The notes below the pieces were generated by a model that worked only from the letters and a program-made list of their open reading frames with translations, was not told the DNA's origin and did no database searches. Position numbers and translations under genes: made by a program. This document shows, one piece after another, positions 38,501-46,520 of a stretch of 64,000 nucleotides of DNA. Position 1 is the first letter of the stretch, and each line of letters opens with the position of its first letter. Origin of the DNA: Mantamonas sphyraenae STR306 (Eukaryota > Protista > CRuMs); NCBI GenBank assembly GCA_026936335.1, contig JAPMXV010000029.1:62001-126000 (forward strand), in the 5' to 3' direction.

Positions 38501-41500
38501 ACGCCTGTTGATCCATGTCACGGCCGAGAAGGGTGAGGCAGAGGGCCATGTCACCCTGGGAGAGGGGAATGTTGCCCAGAGCGAGCTGAATCTGTCGGAC
38601 AAGCGTCAACAGGGTGCCATGGCAGACCACAACCCGCGCCTGCAGGGTCATCAGGTCGGGGATGTCGTCGATGGGATGCTCGTTGGCCAGGACGTGCATG
38701 TGGTTCAGTAGTGCCGTGTGCTCCTTCTTGTTGCTGTGGCTGCGCTCATTGCTACGCCAGGTTGTCCAGCCACTGCGCACGACGCCATCTGGCAGTCCAC
38801 CCACCACTTCCATCTCCTCCTCCTCGGTGGGCTCGGGCAGAACTAGCTCGGGGATGTCGAGGGTGTTGACGGCGTCGATGGTGGTGGGGCGGGTATTGAT
38901 GTGGGGTATGATGCGGTCGATGAGGGTGTGGAGGAGGGTGTGCAGTGTGGCGTCGCTGGGTTGGAGGCTGTCGAGCCAGGCGATCTTGAGGGAGAGGGAA
39001 GTGACGCCGCGGGTGAGGGTGGTGTTGACGGCAGATTGCACCTGCTGATAGGTGAGTTGTGGCCTGAGGAGGCGGACAAAGAAGGCCAGGTCGACAGGCG
39101 GCACGCCAACGTTGCCCAGCGCCAGGATGATGTGTCGCACCAGGGACTTCAGGTCGCCGTGGATGATCAGCTCACGCAGTGCATGGTTCTCGTGTGCATG
39201 CTGATGGCGAGGGTGCTTGGCTGCGCGATCCTTCATGTGTGCCAGCAGCGTCTGGAACTCCCGCGTCGTACAGCTGCCTCGCTCGTCTGCGGTGTTGCTC
39301 CAGCCACTGCGCACAGACACAGGATGCCACTTGTCCACCTTGGTGGTGGTGGCAAGGTGGTGGTCGTAGTCGCATTGCGTCCAATGGGGGTCGCTGTCGT
39401 TGTCAGCAGGGCGTCGTGCTTTCTGCAGCCACAGCTGGGTCTCCTCGTGCTCCTTCCAGGTGGTGGGATGGGGCCTGTCGCCGAGCATGTCCATCTCTGT
39501 CATGAGCAGGTGGAGGAGGGCGTAGTTGGGGTCGCCGTGGTCGTGTGGCTCCTCCAGCCAGCACACCTTCAACCCAGCCTTTGTCACACCCATGGCCAGA
39601 CCAGCGTGGGGGATGGCATTGCTGCATGCGTATTGATCCACGTCACGGCCGAGAAGGGTGAGGCAGAAGGCCATGTCGCCCTGGGAGAGGTGAATGTTGC
39701 CCAGAGCGAGCTGAATCTGTCGGACAAGCGTCAACAGAGTGCCATGGCAGACCACAACACGCGCCTGCAGGGTCATGAGGTCGGGGATGTCGTCGATGGG
39801 ATGCTCGTTGGCCAGGGCGTGCATGTGGTTCAGCAGTGCCGTGTGCTCCTTCTTGTTGCTGCGGCTGCGCTCGTCACTGTGTCCCATTGTCCAGCCACTG
39901 CGCACGACGCCACCTGGCACTCCATCCTCCACGGCCAACTTCTCCTCCTTCGTTGGCTCGGGCAGAACTAGCTCGGGGATGTCGAGGGTGTTCACGGCGT
40001 CGAAGGTGGTGGGGCGGGTGGTGATGTGGGGTGTGATGCGGTCGATGAGGGTGTGGAGGAGGGTGTGCAGTGTGGCGTCGCTGGGTTTGGGGTTGTCGAG
40101 CCAGGCGATCTTGAGGGAGAGGGAGGTGACGCCGCGGGTGAGGGTGTCCTTGATGGCAGTTTGCACCTGTTTGCAGGTGAGGTGTGGCCTGAGGAGGCGG
40201 ACAAAGAAGACCAGGTCGACAGGCGGCACGCCAACGTTGCCCAGTGCCAGGGTGATGTGTCGCACCAGGGACTTCAGGCTGCCGTTGTTGATCAGCTCAC
40301 GGAGTGCATCGTGCTCGTGTGTGTGCTGATGGCGTGGGTACTTGGCTGCACGTGTCTTCATGTGTGCCAGCAGTGTCTGGAATTCACGCGCCGTGCAGCT
40401 GGCACGCTCGTCGCTGGGACCTTTGGTCCAGCCACTGCACGCTGACTCAGGATGCCACTTGTCCACCTTGGTGGTGGTGGCAAGGTGGTGGTCGTAGTCG
40501 CATTGTGTCCAGTGTGGGTCGCCGTCGTTGTCAGCAGGGCGTCGTGCTTCCTGCAGCAACAGCTGGGTCTGCTTGTGCTCCTCCCTGGTGGTGGGATGGG
40601 GCCTGTCGCCGAGAGTGTCCATCTCTGTCATGAGCAGGTGGAGGAGGGCGTAGTTGGGGTCGCCGTGGTCGTGTGGCTCCTCCAGCCAACACACCTTCAA
40701 CCCAGCGTTTGTCACTCCCATGGCCAGACCAGCGCATCGGATGGCATTGCTGCACGCATGTTGATCCATATCGCGGCCGAGAACGGTGAGGCAGAAGGCC
40801 ATCTCACCCTTGGAGAGGGGAATGTTGCCCAGAGCGAGCTGAATCTGTCGGACCAGCGTCAACAGGGTGCCATGGCAGACCACAACACGCGCCTGCAGGG
40901 TCATGAGGTCGGGGATGTCGTCGATGGGATGCTCGTTGGCCAGAGTGTGCATGTGCTTCAGCAGCAGAGCCGTGTGCTCCTGGTTGTTGCTGCGGGTGCG
41001 CTCATCCCTGCGTCCCGCTCTCCACCCTTTGCGCACAACACCATCTGGCAACTTGTTCTTCTTGTCATCGCCTGCGTTCTTCCGTGCGCCGTTGTCTCCG
41101 TTCATGGCCATCCTAGCCAGTGTGCTCGACGTTCCTGTCTCTGTGCCACTGCCAGCCGTGACCCTGCCCCTGCGCTGTCCGCTGCCTTTTTGTGAACCAG
41201 TACGATGGCTGGTGTGGCCTCCACTTGTGCGACTCGGCTGCCACTCGTCCGCGCCCTCCTGCTCCATGTCGTCTGTGTCGTCGTCGCTGTCGTCTTGCGG
41301 CAAGTACTCCTCATCCATGGCATCACCAGTGTCTGCAAACCTGAATGAACCCCCCGTTTCCACCTCGTCGTCCACGTGCTGCTGGGTTGCGTCTTCTGCC
41401 CCACCGTCTTCTTCGTACGCCTCCATCCATGAGCTGCTCATCCACTCTGGGTTGCTGGAGATTGACAGTGGCTCAAGGTGGCCAAAGTTCAGTACCATCA

Positions 41501-42176
41501 GGTCCTCCACGTCGCCGGTGTCATGTGTGTGTGTGTCCTGGTATGCGTCGTCGTCGTCGTCGCTGTCTCCAGTCTGCTGGATGTCCTGGTGGGAAGACGA
41601 CGACGATGTGGTGGTGGATGTGGTCCGTGTGATGCCGACAAACGCAGGGCTGATGCGTTTGGGGACGCGGTTGTGGTTCGTGGTGGGTTGAGCAGGCGGA
41701 GGCTGCAACGGAGGCTGAGCGAAGCGCATCTGGGCGGTTTGTCGCGGCTGAGGAGGAGGCGGAGGAGGATAGGCGTAGTATGGGTGGCCCTGATGAGCAT
41801 ATGCGTGGTGTTGCTTCTGGGGATAGGTGTTGACAGGGACCCAGATGATGGGTGGTTGTGGGTGCTGGTACGGGTTTTGTACGCCAGAGGCGGGCAGCAT
41901 GTTCGGAAACGGCTGGGCAGCCATGGGAGGGACCATGTACCCGTAGCTGTGGGGAGAAGGGGAGGGTGGCAAGGCGGGGTGGGAACGGCGAGACGAAGGC
42001 GGAATGGGCGCTGTCAGAGCATAGCCAGGGGTGAATGGAGGCTGGAACGAGCAGAGAGGGAAAAACGAAGGAGATTGGCTGACCGGGAAACTGGCAACGG
42101 GGAGGGCAGTGACAGGGGAGAGGGGATCGGAGAAGAGCGGAGAAGGCAGCAAAGGTGGTGATGGGGAAGTGGACAT
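32568..42176 (-). CDS. Giant modular protein copy 2 (3202-aa ORF; likely start 41936 MVPPMAAQPF): P/Q-acidic-basic module, ABABABA, FEN1/XPG-like nuclease, NLS, second module, ABAB, NLS
   Basis: Uninterrupted ORF with 6 A and 5 B repeats. Nuclease motifs VWLVDCG, AIFFTE, AEADTLL, AEDSDDL, LALTDV at about 36410-37020. Ends KRKNPSSSSSSSSSSSKRQRLE*. Confidence 0.92.
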   Translation of the reverse strand: MSTSPSPPLLPSPLFSDPLSPVTALPVASFPVSQSPSFFPLCSFQPPFTPGYALTAPIPPSSRRSHPALPPSPSPHSYGYMVPPMAAQPFPNMLPASGVQNPYQHPQPPIIWVPVNTYPQKQHHAYAHQGHPYYAYPPPPPPQPRQTAQMRFAQPPLQPPPAQPTTNHNRVPKRISPAFVGITRTTSTTTSSSSSHQDIQQTGDSDDDDDAYQDTHTHDTGDVEDLMVLNFGHLEPLSISSNPEWMSSSWMEAYEEDGGAEDATQQHVDDEVETGGSFRFADTGDAMDEEYLPQDDSDDDTDDMEQEGADEWQPSRTSGGHTSHRTGSQKGSGQRRGRVTAGSGTETGTSSTLARMAMNGDNGARKNAGDDKKNKLPDGVVRKGWRAGRRDERTRSNNQEHTALLLKHMHTLANEHPIDDIPDLMTLQARVVVCHGTLLTLVRQIQLALGNIPLSKGEMAFCLTVLGRDMDQHACSNAIRCAGLAMGVTNAGLKVCWLEEPHDHGDPNYALLHLLMTEMDTLGDRPHPTTREEHKQTQLLLQEARRPADNDGDPHWTQCDYDHHLATTTKVDKWHPESACSGWTKGPSDERASCTAREFQTLLAHMKTRAAKYPRHQHTHEHDALRELINNGSLKSLVRHITLALGNVGVPPVDLVFFVRLLRPHLTCKQVQTAIKDTLTRGVTSLSLKIAWLDNPKPSDATLHTLLHTLIDRITPHITTRPTTFDAVNTLDIPELVLPEPTKEEKLAVEDGVPGGVVRSGWTMGHSDERSRSNKKEHTALLNHMHALANEHPIDDIPDLMTLQARVVVCHGTLLTLVRQIQLALGNIHLSQGDMAFCLTLLGRDVDQYACSNAIPHAGLAMGVTKAGLKVCWLEEPHDHGDPNYALLHLLMTEMDMLGDRPHPTTWKEHEETQLWLQKARRPADNDSDPHWTQCDYDHHLATTTKVDKWHPVSVRSGWSNTADERGSCTTREFQTLLAHMKDRAAKHPRHQHAHENHALRELIIHGDLKSLVRHIILALGNVGVPPVDLAFFVRLLRPQLTYQQVQSAVNTTLTRGVTSLSLKIAWLDSLQPSDATLHTLLHTLIDRIIPHINTRPTTIDAVNTLDIPELVLPEPTEEEEMEVVGGLPDGVVRSGWTTWRSNERSHSNKKEHTALLNHMHVLANEHPIDDIPDLMTLQARVVVCHGTLLTLVRQIQLALGNIPLSQGDMALCLTLLGRDMDQQACSHAILHAGLAMGVTKAGLKVCWLEEPHDHGDPNYALLHLLMTEMDTLGDRTHPTTREEHEQTQLWLQEARRPADNDSDPHWTQCDYDHHLDTTEGGKWHPASVRSGWAAQNSSDERGSCTVREFQTLLAHLKDRAAKHPRHQYTHENQALRELIIHGDLLSLVRHIILALGNVGVPPVDLAFFVRLIRPRLTYNEVISSISATLARGVTSLSLKIAWLDSLQPSDATLHTLLHTLIDRITPHITTRPTTVAAVNALDITALVLPEPTEEELMAMEGLPDGVVRSGWKGWRRRSHSNKKEHTTLLNHMHTLANQRPTDVTRDIMNLYARVVICNASMSGLVRQIQLALGNIPLSQGDMAFFLTLLGRDMDPRACSNAITGAGLAVGVTKARLKVGWLEEPHDHGDPNYALLHLLMAEMDTLGNRPHPTTWKEHKQTQLWLQEARRPADNDSDPHWTHCDDVPPPTTDVRLRRNSKSALLKIARKMAETNTPVQPEVWLVDCGLYTFLTLRRMHWGTLAEDSETRVENAMKSLQAELERSLEPCPREAIFFTEHPGTDDDLLLLCGGAGYKSRTWFVETLRTASRTRDLLQQSKAIRYRLCAAALVNSGRSVMVPEDQSRMAEADTLLVDWIATEGSDYACLGVVAEDSDDLTCVASAGLSLPLVYRSAKNPEESISLTTEDQQRLLHLSLLALTDVPHPDDWSEEQEVLRFMRAHLYESSALDVQLPDTAYVAENHRNRHAFGNNSDKRDRPVPLTRERAKQEVNAVVELVKAYNRACDKTCLAALKTTLDEYEKNHADLDGLKTFLNQNSQGWNQSVPEGELQDLTGVTLLLGVHTALGILGEVRAKKVANLAVTICNEAFGRGEYGPLELHPYFLMNKVVEQEKRKRKNEQEEDEVEKRQRVEEEVCPLSSSHSDAYMVPPMAAQPFPNMPPVSGVQNPYQHPQPPIIWVPVNTYPQQQHHAYAHQGHPYYAYPPPPPPQPRQTAQMRFAQPPSHPPPAQPTTNHNRVPKRISPAFVGITRTTSTTTTSSSSSHQATRQTGDSDDDDDADQDTHTHDTGDVEDLMVLNFGHIEPRSPSSNSEWMSSSWMEAYEVDGEANDAPQQPVDDEVETGGSFRFADAGDAMDEEYMPEDDSDDDSDDMEQEGADEWQPRGNGRGHARRRTGPQKMKGNGQRRRRVTAGSGTETGTSSTRARSAMNGDTGARKKAGVDKKIKLPDGVVRSGWTMGPSDERSHSNKKEHTALLKHMHTLANEHPIDDITDLMTLQARVVVCHGTLRTLVRQIQLALGNIPLSQGDMALCLTLLGRGMDQMACSSAIHAAGLAMGVTKAGLKVCWLEEPHDYGDPNYALLHLLMSEMDTLGDRPHPTTWKEHEQTQLVLQKARRPADNDSDPHWTQCDYDHHLDTTIKVDKWHPESVRSGWTKGTPSDERGSCTAREFQTLLAHMKTRAAKHPRHQHTHELHALRELINNGNQQSLVRHVILALGNVGVPPVDLAFFVRLLRPNLTYQQVQGAIGITLSHGVTSLSLKIAWLDNPKRNDATLHTLLHTLIDRITPHITTRPTTTDAVNTLDIPKLVLPEPTEEEKMAVEDGLPDGVVRCGWKRWRRRSHSNKEEHTALLKHMHTLANEHPLDDISDLMTLQARVVVCHGTLLTLVRQIQLALGNIPLSQGDMALCLTLHGREMDQTACSHAILHAGLAMGVTKAELKVCWLEEPHDHGDPNYALLHLLMTEMDTLGDRPHPTTWKEHEQTQLWLQKARRPADSDSDPHWIQCDYDHHLTITEVDKWHPESVRSGWAVQRTSDERGSCTAREFQTLLAYMKARSAKYPRHQYAHEHQALRELIIHGDLLSLVRHIILALGNVGVPPVDLAFFVRLLRPHTTYQQVQPAISTTLTRGVTSLSLKIAWLDNPKPSDATLHTLLHTLIDRITPHITTRPTTIALVNAYPIPSFTLPKRKNPSSSSSSSSSSSKRQRLE

Positions 42177-42419
42177 GCAGGGGAGGAATGGAGGAAAGCG
42201 ACGGAGGCATGGAGGAGGCGTGGAAGCGAGAGAAGCGGGCAGTCAGAAAACGGAGTGGAAGGCACAACGCACGCTGGGTAGGTGTTGGGTGTGTGTTGTT
42301 GCTTGGGAGTGCTTGAGTAGTCGTTGTCCATGGCGGTGGTGGTACTGAAGTGCATGTGGGTTGTGTTGGACTGTTGGAGGGTGTTGTGGGTGTTGGTGAT
42401 ATTTTGGTTGAAGGCGGAC

Positions 42420-42960
42420 GGGTGGGGTGCACAGGTGGACGAGGATAAAGGGTGGTGAATGGGGGAGAAGGATGCGATGTTGGGGTGTGGTGGGATGGAG
42501 GGGTATGTGGAGGAGAGAGGGTGGGAAGGATGGATGACACTTCCGGATGAGGTACTGGAGAGGGTGACTAGGAGGGTGGAGAGAGGAGGGTGACTGGAAA
42601 GGGTGTGGGAATGGAGGGCTGGTTCATTCGAGGCGCTGACGTTTGGAGGAGGAGGAGGAGGAGAAGGAGGAGGAAGAGGAGGCAGGGTCTTTGCGCTTGG
42701 GCAGGGTGAAGGAGGGGATGGGGTAGGCGTTGATGGCGTCGACGGTGGTCAGGCGTGTGGTGATGTGGGGTGTGATGCGGTCGATGACGATGTGCAAATG
42801 GGTGTGCAGTGTGGCGTCGCTGGGCTTGGGGTTGTCCAACCAGGCGATCTTGAGGGAGAGGGCGGAGTGCCAAAGATGAGTCGGCGGCCAGATAGACAGG
42901 CGGCACGCCGACGTTGCCCAGCGCCAGGATGACGCTGCCGTTGTCGATCAGCTCTCACGC
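42420..42960 (-). pseudogene. Truncated third copy: F-box-tail relic plus last B repeat/NLS of the giant gene; direct repeat of about 32450-32980
   Basis: Same WMTLPDEVLERV...tcattcgaggcgctg junction as at 32450-32600, about 10.06 kb away. Encodes DNPKPSDATLHTHLH...KRQRLE*, with deletions upstream. Confidence 0.85.
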
Positions 42961-43947
42961 AGCGGCACAGCTCTGCGCATTGTCTTTGGCCGCACAATTG
43001 AAACGGACCAACAAACAACAATGATGGTCACCATGCGCCCGTGATGCTGGGTGTGTTGGGTCAGAGTGAGCCGTTTGCGAGTGAGATCCACACGATGGCT
43101 GCGACCCGTTGCCGCTTTCTTAAGCACCCAAACCCCTGAGCATCGCACAGTGGCAGCCCATTCCAGACGAACCTCGTCCACAACATGCACTTGGCGCTTG
43201 TCCAGTGACACCCTAGAGTGCGCAGGACTGTGACACGACTGGGAACGAAGGTCGCGTTCACCCGGTATACACGCACACTTTTTGCAACTGGCCGCATTCG
43301 TTTGTTCCAGTGGTGCAGGCTGATGTGACCGCGTGAACAGCCCACATTGTGACTGACGATTGTGGTGTGGCTCGTACATCTCTACCCGGTTGTCTTTCCT
43401 GGCGAAAAGACGCGCATTCAGATTCTCAGATTCTTTCTCCTACGAACACGACTCGACGACCTTTTCGCCGCAGAGGCTCGCCAAAGCCGCGCACATCGCA
43501 GTGTGTTTGTCACTACCACGTGTGTCAAGTGATACCAAACAGGATGAGCGCGTGAACCGTCTCGACCACAAGCACGCCGTTCTGGAGCTTCGTCTGATGA
43601 TTTTTTTTTTCGAGGAGGACCCGCCCCCGCAAGGAAGCAGCGCGGGCCAGCCCAAGAAAGGGAGGACACACCCTCAGACATTTACATTGCTCCACGCAAT
43701 GTCACCGAGGCCAAGGGCATGAGCAACCTTGCCATGCGCAAACGGCCGGTTCACGCGCAACCTAGCGACGCGTTTGCAGCCCGGAGCAGCCGCGCCTGCA
43801 ACACACACGCCCAACGACTTGTTTCGATGTGTGTGTGTGTCGAAAGTGCGTGGTGTGACAACTCGTACGTCCCCTGCACCACGCTGCACGCTCGCAGCCA
43901 CCGAAACAACGAGGCATTCCCCAACCCACCCACCCACCCACCCACCC

Positions 43948-45459
43948 ATGTCTGTCAAAGTGATTGTTTTGGTGCTGCTGGCCGCTGTCTGCATGGCCGA
44001 AGTGAACACGTGCTCCATCGTGCCCGCGTGCAAACCGCGCAATCGCCACCCGTGCGAACCAGGCTCTGCCACCTGTGGACCCTGTCTGGACGGCTTCACC
44101 ACGTCCGCCGGCACTGGTGCAGCCAACACGCCGTGCGAAAAGGCGACGAGCGAGGACGAAAAGGCCGTCTCGGACCTGGAGCTGCCCGTCATTGACGTCT
44201 CGATCTTCATCGACGAGACCAATGCCAGCGCCGAGGAAAAGGCCAAAGAGGCCAAGCGTCTGTTGGAAGCCGCCACTGGCCCTGGCTTTATGTTTCTCAA
44301 CGTGACGCGCACAGGTACGTTGCCGCAGGAAAAGTTGTGTGTGTGCATTCCCTCTTTGTGGCGCGCCTGCTTCCCGCCTATGGCCTCGCCTGTGCACTCC
44401 CGTGTGTGCATGGGCATGTGCAGGGCATAGAGCATGTGTTGCCGACATCACGGGACACACGGGGTGTGGCGCTGGGGGCGCCGTTTGGACGGTTGGGACG
44501 CGAGCGTCCCACATCCGGCTGCTGGTTTGGGAGCTCGGGTGTGGACGCAACGGGTGCGAGGCACTGACACGCATGTTGACAGGCATCACGGAGGAGCTAG
44601 TTTCATCGACGTTTGCCGATGTGGCTCAGTTCTTTGATCTCCCGCTCTCTGCCAAGATGGAGCTTGCGTACAAGGACAACACGGCCAACACGGGCTATGT
44701 GGCGGTCGGTGCGGAGGCACTGGACAGCGACGCGGCGGAAGGCGACCCGAAGGAGAGCCTGGACATCTCGCTGCAGTACCTGAAAGAGACCGAGGCGATC
44801 AACAGCTCTGCGCTGGTGTCGTACTGGAGCGCGATGGAAAGGGTCAAGGACGCGTTTCTGACGGGCCTGGGCCTGTCGCTGGAGCTGGACGACCCGGCCT
44901 ACTTTGTCGAGAGGCACAACAAGCAGGACAACAACCTGCGGATTTTGCATTGTACGTTGTTTCCTGTAACCGTGCCGCCTTGCCGTTGCGCTGACACCGT
45001 GGTACAGACCCGCCGACGGCAACCAAGCCGCTGTACCGTGCGGGGCCCCACACAGACTATGGCAGCATTACGCTGTTGATGCTGAAGGAGGGCGAACGGG
45101 GCCTGGAGGTGTTTGATCGCAGGAGCGGAGGATGGGCAGAGGTGGAGCCGATTAGCGGCACGGTTGTGGTCAACATTGCCGATCTGTTGCAGCGCTGGTC
45201 GAGCGACCTGGTGCAGTCGACGGTGCACCGCGTGGTGTCGATGGGCGACTCGCACACGCGCTCGCGGTACAGCATCCCGTACTTTGTGAACCCCAACTTT
45301 GACCACGTGGTGAGCTCGTCGGAGCTTGCGGCCATCAGCCCCAAGATCGACGCGTCGCTCGCTGAGCAGGCCTACCCGGACATCCTCAGCCTGGACTACC
45401 TGACGCAGCGCCTCAGTGCCACGATCCCGGTCGAGGACAACGACAAGGATGAACTTTGA
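43948..45459 (+). CDS. 2-oxoglutarate/Fe(II) dioxygenase (IPNS/DIOX_N type) with signal peptide, Cys-rich domain and C-terminal KDEL; introns 44315-44582 and 44952-45007
   Basis: MSVKVIVLVLLAAVCMA; C..CKPRNRHPC..TCGPCLDGF..C; LPVIDVS, GFMFL, GDPKESL, LRILH|YPP, HTDYGSITLL, STVHRVV, RYSIPYF, DKDEL*. Both gtacgt..cag introns restore the frame. Confidence 0.92.
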
Positions 45460-46380
45460 TGCAATGAACGCTCATCTCTGCGCCCCCCACAAACACCAAC
45501 GGCGCCCCAAGATCGACGCCTCGCTCGCCGAGCAGGCCTAGTGCCACGATCCCGGTCGAGGACGATGAACTTTGATGCAATGAACGCTCATCTCTGCGCC
45601 CCCCACAAACACCGACGGCGCCCCAAGATCGACGCCTCGCTCGCCGAGCAGGCCTACCCGGACATCCTCAGCCTGGACTACCTGACGCAGCGCCTCAGTG
45701 CCACGATCCCGGTCGAGGACAACGACAAGGATAAACTTTGATCAATGAACGCTCATCTCTGCGCCCCCCACAAACACCAACGGCGCCCCAAGATCGACGC
45801 CTCGCTCGCCGAGCAGGCCTAGTGCCACGATCCCGGTCGAGGACGATGAACTTTGATATGAACGCTCATCTCTGCGCCCCCCACAAACACCAACGGCGCC
45901 CCAAGATCGACGCCTCGCTCGCCGAGCAGGCCTCGTGCCACGATCCCGGTCGAGGACAACGACAAGGATAAACTTTGATGCAATGAACGCTCATCTCTGC
46001 GCCCCCCACAAACACCAACGGCGCCCCAAGATCGACGCCTCCCTCGCCGAGCAGGCCTAGTGCCACGATCCCGGTCGAGGACGATGAACTTTGATGCAAT
46101 GAACGCTCATCTCTGCGCCCCCCACAAACACCAACGGCGCCCCAAGATCGACGCCTCCCTCGCCGAGCAGGCCTAGTGCCACGATCCCGGTCGAGGACGA
46201 TGAACTTTGATGCAATGAACGCTCATCTCTGCGCCCCCCACAAACACCAACGGCGCCCCAAGATCGACGCCTCGCTCGCCGAGCAGGCCTACCCGGACAT
46301 CCTCAGCCTGGACTACCTGACGCAGCGCCTCAGTGCCACGATCCCGGTCGAGGACGATGAACTTTGATGCAATGAACGCT
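45340..46380. repeat. Tandem array (gene copy + 7 extra copies, 114-165 bp units) of the dioxygenase 3' end and adjacent junction
   Basis: Repeated cccaagatcgacgcctcgctcgccgagcaggcc...gatgaactttgatgcaatgaacgctcatctctgcgccccccacaaacaccaacggcgc, in long and internally deleted forms. Confidence 0.95.
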
Positions 46381-46520
46381 CACCCACCTACCCCCCCCCC
46401 CCACCCTTCCACCCCCCCCACCCTTCCACCCCCCCCCACCCTTCCACACCCCCCCTAACCCACCCCCCACCCCACCCTTCCCCCCCCTACCCCCCTACCC
46501 CCCCCTACCTCCCCCCCCCC

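Noticed and set aside
13631-41060. DGR-like adenine mutagenesis as the source of repeat variability (many NNC/NNT codons)
   Set aside because: No reverse transcriptase or non-coding template repeat in the window, and neighbouring adenines, including the synonymous third A of CAA, are essentially invariant. Positive selection with C-ending codon bias is simpler.
13361-41691. Long antisense ORFs over the giant genes (e.g. 13361-16594, 18345-20039, 36963-38711); likewise 52074-54269 and 48429-49544
   Set aside because: Shadow ORFs from GC-rich codon bias opposite clear genes.
41937-42176. N-terminal 80 aa of the 3202-aa ORF as true coding sequence
   Set aside because: Overlaps sequence homologous to the non-coding relic at 3410-3500 and ends in an acceptor-like ccccacag; the internal module starts at MVPPM, so 41936 or an upstream exon is more likely.
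42948-43379. VVDE motif as a Fanzor RuvC-II remnant
   Set aside because: No following TS/zinc-finger or RuvC-III motif in any frame.
45460-46380. CRISPR-like array
   Set aside because: No unique spacers and no cas genes; units are copies of adjacent gene ends.
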